Virus record (IMG/VR): IMGVR_UViG_3300009151_000035
Location: 83,554-147,553 of that record
Source: a virus
Reading direction: 5' to 3' (one strand)
Length of the DNA: 64,000 bases
The position numbers and the translations under genes were made by a program. Positions 1 to 8,492 of this stretch are shown here, piece after piece; within the stretch, counting starts at the first letter, position 1, and the number at the start of each line of letters is the position of its first letter. The notes beneath the pieces were generated by a model. That model was given only the letters and a program-made list of their open reading frames with translations. It was not told the DNA's origin and made no database searches.

Positions 1-2
1 AT

Positions 3-281
3 GAGGCTCTAGACGGATTAGGCCGACTGATCTGGCATGCCAAGCGTATTTGGGCCCAAGGTCCAACATATGACATGAATATACTGGAGCATGCTTACAA
101 GAGCTACAACAAACCCTTGCCCTGGCAATATTACATGGTGCGTGACAGCCGTACAGTGTTCTCACTGTGGCCAGACCAGCCCTTGCCTCCTACCACACAC
201 CATGCGCTAGAAGACTGCCGCAGACAAATTGGCATGTTACAAAATACACTTAAATACCTCAAAGTTCAGGAGTTGAAATGA
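3..281 (+). CDS. DEDDh 3'-5' exonuclease (DexA/Rv2179c-like), 5'-truncated by window edge
   Basis: Frame is open from position 3: IWAQGPTYDMNILEHAY...PW.Y..VRDSRT...HHALEDC, typical ExoII/ExoIII DEDDh motifs. Confidence 0.7.
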   Translation, partial: EALDGLGRLIWHAKRIWAQGPTYDMNILEHAYKSYNKPLPWQYYMVRDSRTVFSLWPDQPLPPTTHHALEDCRRQIGMLQNTLKYLKVQELK

Positions 282-940
282 TCATTGGCATCTGTGGATT
301 CATTGGGTCAGGCAAAGACACTATTGCTGACTATCTGGTAAATTTGCATCACTTTCGTAGAGAAAGTTTTGCTTCGACACTAAAAGATGCTGTGGCACAA
401 GTGTTTGGCTGGGATCGAACCATGCTGGAAGGACGCACAAAACAAGCTCGTGAATGGCGCGAGCGTGTGGATCCGTGGTGGGCAGAACGCCTGGGTATGC
501 CCACACTAACACCACGTTGGATCTTGCAATACTGGGGTACAGAAGTGTGTAGAGCAGGATTCCATGATGACATCTGGATTGCCAGCTTGGAAAACAAACT
601 GCGTCACAGCCAAGATGATGTTGTGATATCAGATTGTCGTTTTCCTAACGAAATTTTAGCTATCAAGAATGCTGGCGGTCGTGTGATCCGTGTGGTGCGT
701 GGGCCTGAGCCAGCATGGTACAACTCGGCAGTGAGTGTCAATCGTGGTGCCAATGGCAATTCAACTTGGGCTCTTAGTCAGCGTAAATTAGAAAAACTAG
801 GCATCCATGCGTCAGAAACTGCATGGGTAGGAACTGAGTTTGATGCTGTGATAGACAATAACAGCACCCTTGATGACTTGTATCAGCAAGTTAAAAATCT
901 GGTTCAAGATCGCCCTGTCGCCATGGAAGATCGCTCTTAG
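278..940 (+). CDS. deoxynucleoside monophosphate kinase (T4 gp1-like)
   Basis: N-terminal P-loop GFIGSGKDT, FA..LK, R.ILQ..GTE, ISDCRFPNE, HASE. Confidence 0.9.
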   Translation: MIIGICGFIGSGKDTIADYLVNLHHFRRESFASTLKDAVAQVFGWDRTMLEGRTKQAREWRERVDPWWAERLGMPTLTPRWILQYWGTEVCRAGFHDDIWIASLENKLRHSQDDVVISDCRFPNEILAIKNAGGRVIRVVRGPEPAWYNSAVSVNRGANGNSTWALSQRKLEKLGIHASETAWVGTEFDAVIDNNSTLDDLYQQVKNLVQDRPVAMEDRS

Positions 941-1235
941 ACAGTTCTACTTCACAGTTTCTACAAACTGATTTGAGATTCTTGAGTCCAGTATTGTTTA
1001 GGTCTCCATCTGTGTGATACACAAAAATTTGTGCTGCATACTTGGCTCGAAATCCACAACGATCACAGCTCATTTTTTTCTTGTAGCCTGCTGATTTCCA
1101 GCGTGGCTCTCTGGGTTTTAACCCACGCCCTTTCCTAGCACAAGTCTCACACCTTGATCGATAGTGTGTGATATCCTCACGAATATAGTTTACAGCACAG
1201 GGGCGTTGATGGCAGGCTTGACAAATGGGTCTCAT
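891..1235 (-). CDS. small HNH-type Zn-finger endonuclease-like protein
   Basis: CxxC pairs plus HTDGDLNN...NLKSVCRNC; TAAATA 4 nt upstream of ATG on - strand. Confidence 0.6.
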   Translation of the reverse strand: MRPICQACHQRPCAVNYIREDITHYRSRCETCARKGRGLKPREPRWKSAGYKKKMSCDRCGFRAKYAAQIFVYHTDGDLNNTGLKNLKSVCRNCEVELSKSDLPWRQGDLEPDF

Positions 1236-1299
1236 ACGGTATTTAGCGGCACGGACCTTTGGTAAAGGTATTCAAAACGGCTGTTTTTTTCAAGGTCTC

Positions 1300-1307
1300 T
1301 ATAAATA
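1300..1307 (+). promoter_or_regulatory. T4-type late promoter TATAAATA
   Basis: Exact T4 late consensus upstream of AAGGA RBS and tail sheath ATG. Confidence 0.8.
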
Positions 1308-1331
1308 TTAGAACTTGAAAAGGATTCAACC

Positions 1332-4300
1332 ATGGCTCTCATATCACCCGGCGTACAAGTAACAGTAATTGACGAAAGTCAATATATTCCATCAGCAGTC
1401 AACACAGTACCATACTTTGTAATTGCAACAGCACAGAACAAAGTATCTGGTGCTGGCGTGGGAGTAGCTGCTGGTACCACAGCGGCCAATGCTAACAAAA
1501 CATATTTAATCACCAGTCAGCGTGATTTAACAGCCACTTTTGGTGTGCCATTCTTCTATAACACCACAACCGGTACCCCAATTAATGGTTACGAACTCAA
1601 TGAATACGGCCTGTTGGCTGCGTATAGTTCATTGGGTATTAGTAATCGTGCTTATGTTCAGCGAGTGGATATTGATTTAACCGAACTCACAGCTAGCCTA
1701 ACACGACCAACTGGAACCCCAGCTGATGGCGCATATTGGTTGGACACATCCACTTCTGTATGGGGTATTCAAGAATGGAATCAATCTACTGGTCAATTTG
1801 AACTAGTTACTCCGTTGCTTATTACCAATGCTTCAGATGTGACAGAAAGTACTAGTGGAACAACTGGACAGCCAGTTTATACACCCAACACCACAGTGGG
1901 CAGCATTGGTGATTACGCTATTGTATCACTAGGACAGGCCGAAGCTATTTTCAACGTGGGCTGGTATAAAAATTCTAGCAATGTATGGGTTACAGTTGGC
2001 GGTCCAGCATGGCAATCATCATATCCAACAATCCAAGGTAATGTGACCAATCCCACACTCACTGCAGGACAAAGTATTTTTATTAACGGCACATCAGTAT
2101 CTGTGCCAGCTATTCCAGACAATACATTGGCTGGATTTGTTACTGCTGTTAATAATGCAACCATTGTAGGTGTGACTGCTGCGGCGGTGAGTGGCAAGTT
2201 TGTAATTTATGCCAATGATCTTGCAACCAACGATGGTAGCACTGCAAGTGGTGGTATTGTAAGTATTCAGCCCAATGCCGGCGGCACTGCATTGTGTACT
2301 GCACTTGGCATTTCGGCTATAGAATATTTGACTCCAATCTTTTTGTCAGCCTATAGCTATCAAGCACCACGTTGGAACACATCGGGCCCTACCCCAAGAC
2401 CTACTGGATCTGTATGGAATAATGTCAGCCCAGCAAACAATGGTCTAGCCGTTCAACTAAAACAATATAGTGCTGCATTAGGAGAGTGGGTGTTACAAAG
2501 CTGCCCTGCATATTTTAGCACAACCGCTGCAATCAATGCTTTTGATCCGTCTGGTGGTGGCAAAAATATTCCAGTTGGAACACTTTGGGTGCAACCCAAT
2601 GCAAACTTTGCCGAAACAGCACCATTACCGTCTCAAGGATATGAATTTTATAGACAGACAGCTTTTGGTCAAACCATAGTAACCGGAACTACCACACCAG
2701 GATCTAACAGTGATCCTTTGTTTGTGGCAGGCAATAGATTTACAATATCTGCATCCCAAGCTGGTAGCACTGTAGCTAACACCGCTACAGTTATATTAAG
2801 TGGAACCAGTGTTGCCAGTTTCATTGCCGACATTAGTGCAGCCAATGTTCCTTATGTGTCTGCTAGTGTTAACTCAGCTGGAAATATTGTGTTTACTCAT
2901 AGTCAAGGAGGAGTTATTGCACTGTCACCGGTGATTGGCTATGGCACACCAATCTTAACTGCTGGATATACCGCTAACACTACATTTTGCCGACTTTCGG
3001 TAACCAATTACACAACACTATTGTTGACTAACTTCTGTAGCGATCCAGAGTTTAAATATACTTCTAGTGCTACTGCACCTTATCAAGATCCAGCTGACGG
3101 CAGATTGTGGTATTATTCAACTCCAAGTCAAGTTGACATTATGATCCAAAACGGTGGCGCCTGGAGAGGTTATCAAAACGTTACCAACGATGTGCGTGGT
3201 TACGATCTTACCCAAACCAATGCCAGCGGCCCAATCTGTGCTGCCACAGCACCTGTCACACAAAATGATGTGTCAGCAAGTGCTCTAGTGTATGGCGATT
3301 TGTGGGTGGACACCAGCGACTTAGAAAATTATCCCATGTTGTATCGTTGGGAGGCTGTGAGCGGAGTGGATCAGTGGGTGTCAGTTAATACCACTGACCA
3401 GGTCACACAAAATGGTGTGTTGTTTGCTGACGCTCGTTGGGCGCCAAACGGCACAACAAATCCTGTAAGCGATCCAATACCAACTATTGTGAGTTTGCTG
3501 ACCAGCAACTATTTGGATTTAGATGCTCCCAGTTCTGCACTATATCCGCAAGGTATGCTGTTGTGGAACACACGCCGTTCAGGTTACAATGTCAAGAGCT
3601 ATCAAAACAATTACTTTAATGCTACCACATTCCCAGATGCAACATTGCCTGCTGTGACCAGCACCTGGCTCACAGCGTCAGGCAACAAGCAAGACGGCAG
3701 CATGTATGCTGGTCGACTGGCCCAGCGTCAAATGGTTGTGGCTGCAATGAAGTCAGGTATTGATACTAGCCAAGGCGCTAGAGAAGATACTGCTCAGTAC
3801 ACACTGATTGCGTCACCGGCTTATCCAGAGTTGATTCCTAACATGATTGCACTCAGCAATGAGCGTAATAACACACTGTTTGTGGTTGGCGATACTCCAA
3901 TGCGATTGCCAGCTACAGGTGCTGACATTACAACCTGGGCCACCAACAACAATGGTGTTGGCACAGTAGCAGGTGACGGTCAATCTAGCACCAGTAACTA
4001 TGCTGCAACATTCTATCCAAGCTGTACAACTACAGACTTGAGTGGCAACACAGTTGTGACAGCACCAAGTCACATGATGGTTAGAACAATCATCCGCAGT
4101 GATGAAGTTAGCTATCCATGGTTGGCACCAGCTGGTACACGACGTGGTGTAGTAGACAATGCCACACAGATTGGTTATATCAATGGCGCTACTGGTGAAT
4201 TCCAGCCAATTGGTGTAAACCAAGGCTTGCGCGATGTGCTGTACAGTTTGAATGTGAACCCAATTACATTTATTCCGGGTGTGGGTATTACCAACTTTGG

Positions 4301-4655
4301 TAACAAGACATCAACCACAACTACCACAGCACTGGATCGTATCAACGTTGCACGCTTGGTAGCATTCTTGCGCGGACGCCTGGAAGAAATTGGCAAATTG
4401 TATCTGTTCGAACCTAACGATCAGATCACACGTAACGAAATCACCAACACTTGCAACAGCTTGATGGTTGATTTGATTGCCAAACGTGCTATCTATGACT
4501 ACTTGGTTGTTTGCGACTTGAGCAACAACACGCCAGCTCGTATTGACCGCAACGAATTGTGGGTTGATATTGCTATTGAACCAGTTAAGGCTGTGGAGTT
4601 CATCTACATTCCTCTGCGTATCAAGAACACTGGAGACATAGCAGCAGGCCTGTAA
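1332..4655 (+). CDS. contractile tail sheath protein (gp18-like) with large insertion
   Basis: MALISPGVQV N-terminus; C-terminal PWLAPAG..RG, NPI, GNKT, DRINVARL, FEPND, NNTPARIDRNEL.VDI.IEPVKAVEFI. Confidence 0.95.
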   Translation: MALISPGVQVTVIDESQYIPSAVNTVPYFVIATAQNKVSGAGVGVAAGTTAANANKTYLITSQRDLTATFGVPFFYNTTTGTPINGYELNEYGLLAAYSSLGISNRAYVQRVDIDLTELTASLTRPTGTPADGAYWLDTSTSVWGIQEWNQSTGQFELVTPLLITNASDVTESTSGTTGQPVYTPNTTVGSIGDYAIVSLGQAEAIFNVGWYKNSSNVWVTVGGPAWQSSYPTIQGNVTNPTLTAGQSIFINGTSVSVPAIPDNTLAGFVTAVNNATIVGVTAAAVSGKFVIYANDLATNDGSTASGGIVSIQPNAGGTALCTALGISAIEYLTPIFLSAYSYQAPRWNTSGPTPRPTGSVWNNVSPANNGLAVQLKQYSAALGEWVLQSCPAYFSTTAAINAFDPSGGGKNIPVGTLWVQPNANFAETAPLPSQGYEFYRQTAFGQTIVTGTTTPGSNSDPLFVAGNRFTISASQAGSTVANTATVILSGTSVASFIADISAANVPYVSASVNSAGNIVFTHSQGGVIALSPVIGYGTPILTAGYTANTTFCRLSVTNYTTLLLTNFCSDPEFKYTSSATAPYQDPADGRLWYYSTPSQVDIMIQNGGAWRGYQNVTNDVRGYDLTQTNASGPICAATAPVTQNDVSASALVYGDLWVDTSDLENYPMLYRWEAVSGVDQWVSVNTTDQVTQNGVLFADARWAPNGTTNPVSDPIPTIVSLLTSNYLDLDAPSSALYPQGMLLWNTRRSGYNVKSYQNNYFNATTFPDATLPAVTSTWLTASGNKQDGSMYAGRLAQRQMVVAAMKSGIDTSQGAREDTAQYTLIASPAYPELIPNMIALSNERNNTLFVVGDTPMRLPATGADITTWATNNNGVGTVAGDGQSSTSNYAATFYPSCTTTDLSGNTVVTAPSHMMVRTIIRSDEVSYPWLAPAGTRRGVVDNATQIGYINGATGEFQPIGVNQGLRDVLYSLNVNPITFIPGVGITNFGNKTSTTTTTALDRINVARLVAFLRGRLEEIGKLYLFEPNDQITRNEITNTCNSLMVDLIAKRAIYDYLVVCDLSNNTPARIDRNELWVDIAIEPVKAVEFIYIPLRIKNTGDIAAGL

Positions 4656-4682
4656 AAGTGGGGTTCAAGGACCCTATTTTTT
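4654..4682 (+). terminator. probable intrinsic terminator after sheath gene
   Basis: AAAAGTGGGGT-TCAAGG-ACCCTATTTTTT stem (with G-U pairs) and T-run. Confidence 0.6.
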
Positions 4683-4723
4683 GACCTCAAGTCTAAGATA
4701 AATAAAACTAGGAGATATATACA

Positions 4724-5359
4724 ATGCCAAGTTCATCATTAAACAAAATGACAGTACCGCTTGCAAGCGATCAAAGCTCAAGCACCCAAGGTCTGTTAAT
4801 GCCAAAACTTAGATATCGCTTTAGAGTGATGTTTGAGAATTTGGGAGTTTCAACACCAACAACAGAGTTAACCAAGCAGGTTGTGAGCTTTGCTCGACCT
4901 AACTTGACGTTTGAAGCAATCACATTACCAATTTACAATTCAACATTGAAGTTGGCTGGTCGTCATAGCTGGGCAGACGTTGCTGTTGAGATCCGTGATG
5001 ATGCATCAGGTAATGTGTCCAAATTGATTGGCGAACAAATCCAGAAACAAATGGACTTCTTGGAAATGAGTTCAGCTGCATCTGGTATTGACTACAAATT
5101 CTTGACCAAGTTAGAAATGCTTGACGGTGGCAACGGTGCCAACGAGCCAGTAGTCCTTGAGTCATGGGAACTGTATGGTTGCTATATTGTGAGTGCAGAC
5201 TACGGTCCAATGAACTATGGTACCAATGAAGCAGTAGCAATCACCATGAACATCTCTTATGACAACGCCAACCAAGGCAATCAAGGTGGTGGCGGTATTG
5301 GTGGTGTTATCGGCCGTACTGTGAACGACGTTGTTACAGGTATCGGCACAGGACCCTAA
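4724..5359 (+). CDS. tail tube protein (gp19-like)
   Basis: Follows sheath; RP.L.FE...LAGR..W, W.LYGC, YD pattern; TAAATA at 4699-4704 and AGGAG RBS. Confidence 0.85.
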   Translation: MPSSSLNKMTVPLASDQSSSTQGLLMPKLRYRFRVMFENLGVSTPTTELTKQVVSFARPNLTFEAITLPIYNSTLKLAGRHSWADVAVEIRDDASGNVSKLIGEQIQKQMDFLEMSSAASGIDYKFLTKLEMLDGGNGANEPVVLESWELYGCYIVSADYGPMNYGTNEAVAITMNISYDNANQGNQGGGGIGGVIGRTVNDVVTGIGTGP

Positions 5360-5369
5360 GGTCTAATCA

Positions 5370-6560
5370 ATGTCTAGCTTCGGCCAGGACTTTCTTAAAG
5401 GCTTTACTGCGACAAACAGCTTGCGTGACTACACTCACGCAAGTAAAACTTTTCGCACTAATGCCTACGAACTCAAACCCAGATTTAAGTTTTTATTTCA
5501 TGTTCAATTTTCATTGAACTACAATCAGATACCTGCATTGAAAAATAGTAAAATTTTTAATCCTGAGAATATTTCTAATCTTAGTTTGGCGGTAAAAACA
5601 GTTGACTTGCCCAAATACAATATTGATGTTGCTACGTTGAATCAATACAACCGCAAAAGAATTGTACAAACTAAAATCAACTATGAACCAGTAAACATTA
5701 CATTTCATGATGATGGCGGCGACAACATACGTGAAATGTGGTATCAGTATTATTCTTACTACTACAAAGATCCAGCACAACAATACATTTCAAATGCTCC
5801 AACCGAGTATGGCACAGTTGGTCTAAATGCTACCAAAACAAATGGATTCAGCTATAACAATCGAGACATCTATCAACAGAACCGTGTGGGCAGTGTGAAT
5901 GACTGGGGATACATTGGCGAAAACTTCATGGACGGCACACAAACAGCAAGTGGCAAGCCACCATTCTTTAGAGACATTCAGATCATTGGATTTGATCAAC
6001 ACAAGTATGCTAGATACATCTTGATCAATCCATTGATCACCAACTGGAACCATGACACTTACGATTATTCACAAGGTAATGGAACCATGCAACATACCAT
6101 GACCATACGCTACGAAACTGTGAAATACCTCAACGGTGGACTTGGTAAACCGGATACCAATATTCGTTGGCCAGACGCAGCACACTATGATGAAGTACCA
6201 AGTCCATTGGCACGTGCAGGATCCACTGCAACTATTTTTGGGCAAGGTGGTCTTTTAAGCACAGGCGAAGGCATCCTGGCAGACTTAGAATCAGGATCAG
6301 TGGCAGGCTTGATTGGTGCAGCACAAAAGGCTGGCGCAGCCTACAACACATTCAAAGGAAAGAATTTGCAATCTATTGTGCAAAGTGAAGCTATATCATT
6401 GGGCAAACAAGTTATCAGTCAAAATGGTGCCAATGCAGTTAGAGCGGTGATAAACAAAGCTGATGGTTGGGCGTTTCCTGTACAGTCAACTCAACGAGCA
6501 TATACTCGAGTTATAAATTCAGCAGCAGCAACTGGTGACGACCTTAGAGGACTTATATAA
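5370..6560 (+). CDS. tail-tube-like baseplate/tube initiator protein (gp54/gp48-like)
   Basis: Tube-fold pattern LPK.....NQYNRK....KI.YEPV.ITFHDD...W..YY; tail module context. Confidence 0.6.
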   Translation: MSSFGQDFLKGFTATNSLRDYTHASKTFRTNAYELKPRFKFLFHVQFSLNYNQIPALKNSKIFNPENISNLSLAVKTVDLPKYNIDVATLNQYNRKRIVQTKINYEPVNITFHDDGGDNIREMWYQYYSYYYKDPAQQYISNAPTEYGTVGLNATKTNGFSYNNRDIYQQNRVGSVNDWGYIGENFMDGTQTASGKPPFFRDIQIIGFDQHKYARYILINPLITNWNHDTYDYSQGNGTMQHTMTIRYETVKYLNGGLGKPDTNIRWPDAAHYDEVPSPLARAGSTATIFGQGGLLSTGEGILADLESGSVAGLIGAAQKAGAAYNTFKGKNLQSIVQSEAISLGKQVISQNGANAVRAVINKADGWAFPVQSTQRAYTRVINSAAATGDDLRGLI

Positions 6561-6925
6561 TGTCTACAGGTTCAGTCAATTACACCAATACCAATCTTGA
6601 TCAAACTGTGCGAGTGTTTGACAGATTCTACAACTTTGAAGCCAATGTGCCTGCTGCTGAGTATGATATTGTGTTGAGTTTTTTTAAACAACAAATGGGA
6701 GATGCCAGAGTAGCAGGCAACTTCACAGTGAGTTTGTTTCAAGTGGCAGAACAAACCAATATTCCGGCACTTACACTGTTAGACAGTTTTCAAGGTGTAG
6801 ATGTCATGACAATAAATCTCAACATGGCCTACTATCTAAACAATATCCGCAGCAGAGCCACACTACTGGGTGTAAATGTACAACCGGTACCCAACTACTA
6901 TGCTGCCAGAACAGTGCTTCAATGA
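6560..6925 (+). CDS. hypothetical virion-module protein
   Basis: 121-aa ORF translationally coupled on both sides. Confidence 0.6.
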   Translation: MSTGSVNYTNTNLDQTVRVFDRFYNFEANVPAAEYDIVLSFFKQQMGDARVAGNFTVSLFQVAEQTNIPALTLLDSFQGVDVMTINLNMAYYLNNIRSRATLLGVNVQPVPNYYAARTVLQ

Positions 6926-7353
6926 GCAAGTGGGCACAAGGCGTCTATCAAGTTATCAACCCTAAGAAATATGTGGGCCAAGGCATGCCCAGATATCGAT
7001 CAGGTTGGGAACATTCATTCATGCGTTTTTGCGATACCAATGACAACATCATGCAATGGGCCAGTGAAAGCATCCGCATTCCTTATCTGCATCCACTAAC
7101 TGGCAAAATGACCACGTATGTGCCAGATTTTTTGATCACTTACAAAACTCGTGACCACACACTTCGAGCGGAGTTGATTGAAATTAAACCCAAAGGTCAA
7201 AGCGCCATCACTGAAGGCCAAAAGCCCAGAGACCGTGCCGTAGTAGCCGTAAACTACGCCAAATGGGACGCTGCGGTCAAATGGTGCAGAAATCAAGGCT
7301 TGACTTTTAGGGTAATAACTGAAGACGATATGTTTAAGAACGGTAAAGCATAG
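6922..7353 (+). CDS. head completion nuclease (T4 gp4 / TnsA-like PD-(D/E)XK)
   Basis: NPKKY.G, YRSGWE, W.SE...IPY, YVPDF, EIKP, N.AKW, F..ITE. Confidence 0.85.
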   Translation: MSKWAQGVYQVINPKKYVGQGMPRYRSGWEHSFMRFCDTNDNIMQWASESIRIPYLHPLTGKMTTYVPDFLITYKTRDHTLRAELIEIKPKGQSAITEGQKPRDRAVVAVNYAKWDAAVKWCRNQGLTFRVITEDDMFKNGKA

Positions 7354-7367
7354 CCACTAAATATGGC

Positions 7368-7859
7368 ATGACGAGAAAACTCGAAGAACTTTTTGATTTA
7401 CCACCCTCCACTGAAGAAGTGGATGTTGCTGTTCCTTCAATAGCAGAAAATCGCACCGCCATCCAAACACTAGATGATGCTATCAATAAGATAGACGCTG
7501 CCTTGCCGGCTGTGCGTGGCTTGGAGTCCACTGACCAAGAAATGGACGAACTAGCTGGCCTAGCTACTGCCAGCTACCGAGACCTGATGGACCTTGGCAT
7601 GCAGGTAGACTCAAGATTTGCTAGTGAAATATTTGGTGTAGCCAGCAACATGCTAGGCCATGCTATCACAGCCAAAACAGCCAAGCTGGACAAAAAACTC
7701 AAGATGATCGACTTGCAGATGAAAAAAATGCGATTGGATCAGCAACAAGCGGACAAAGATCCAGAGGCCACTGCACAGCAAGGCCAAGGCCATGTGCTCA
7801 GTCGCAATGAATTGCTGGAAAGAATTCTGGGTAAGAATCAAAACGCTCAAAAAGAATAA
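7368..7859 (+). CDS. helical protein, possible terminase small subunit
   Basis: KLEELFDL N-terminus, coiled-coil core, late TAAATA at 7358; function inferred only. Confidence 0.4.
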   Translation: MTRKLEELFDLPPSTEEVDVAVPSIAENRTAIQTLDDAINKIDAALPAVRGLESTDQEMDELAGLATASYRDLMDLGMQVDSRFASEIFGVASNMLGHAITAKTAKLDKKLKMIDLQMKKMRLDQQQADKDPEATAQQGQGHVLSRNELLERILGKNQNAQKE

Positions 7860-7879
7860 ATATATCACAGGAACCTGAC

Positions 7880-8488
7880 ATGAAACCATTTGCCAAATAT
7901 CTAGCAGAAAGTGAACGCACATACGATTATCGTATCAAAATGTGCGGTCGCATTCCGGACGATCTTGTGCGTCAACTCAAATCAAAACTGGATCAATTTG
8001 ACCCAGCCAAACTGGGCGACGTCAAGACTACTCCTATTCAAAAGATCCTCACAGACTTTCCAAACAATCAGAATGACGCTGTGACAATGTTTGATGTGAG
8101 TTTCAAGTATCCAGCAATTGAGCCACAGATCAAACAGTTGTTTCAAATGCTAGGTGGTGATCCCAATCTTATTGTGATGCAAACACAGCCACACGTGGAT
8201 GGACTTGTTGATGAGATGGACAAAATTGAATCTGAAAACAAAGACCTGTTGGCAGACACAGATTACCCTGCAGACAATGCTGAACAACGAGCACTCAAGA
8301 AAGACTACTCAGCCGGACCATATGATCATGCTGTGTTGAAGAATGCTTACCGCAGTGATTTCACAGTGGCTGGTGGTCGGACACCTCCTGCCAAGACCAC
8401 TAACCAACTTCCCCAGGGCAACAAAAGCCCTATGACCAATATCAAGCGTCAACCCAAGCCTGCAACCGGCGCCAACCCAAGAGGATAA
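7880..8488 (+). CDS. putative internal head protein
   Basis: N-terminus MKPFAKYLAE resembles T4 capsid-targeting sequence; TAAATA at 7857. Confidence 0.55.
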   Translation: MKPFAKYLAESERTYDYRIKMCGRIPDDLVRQLKSKLDQFDPAKLGDVKTTPIQKILTDFPNNQNDAVTMFDVSFKYPAIEPQIKQLFQMLGGDPNLIVMQTQPHVDGLVDEMDKIESENKDLLADTDYPADNAEQRALKKDYSAGPYDHAVLKNAYRSDFTVAGGRTPPAKTTNQLPQGNKSPMTNIKRQPKPATGANPRG

Positions 8489-8492
8489 TGAA

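Noticed and set aside
6922-7353. TnsA-like nuclease as evidence of a Tn7 element
   Set aside because: Motifs and virion-module context match the T4 gp4 head-completion protein; no tnsBCD genes
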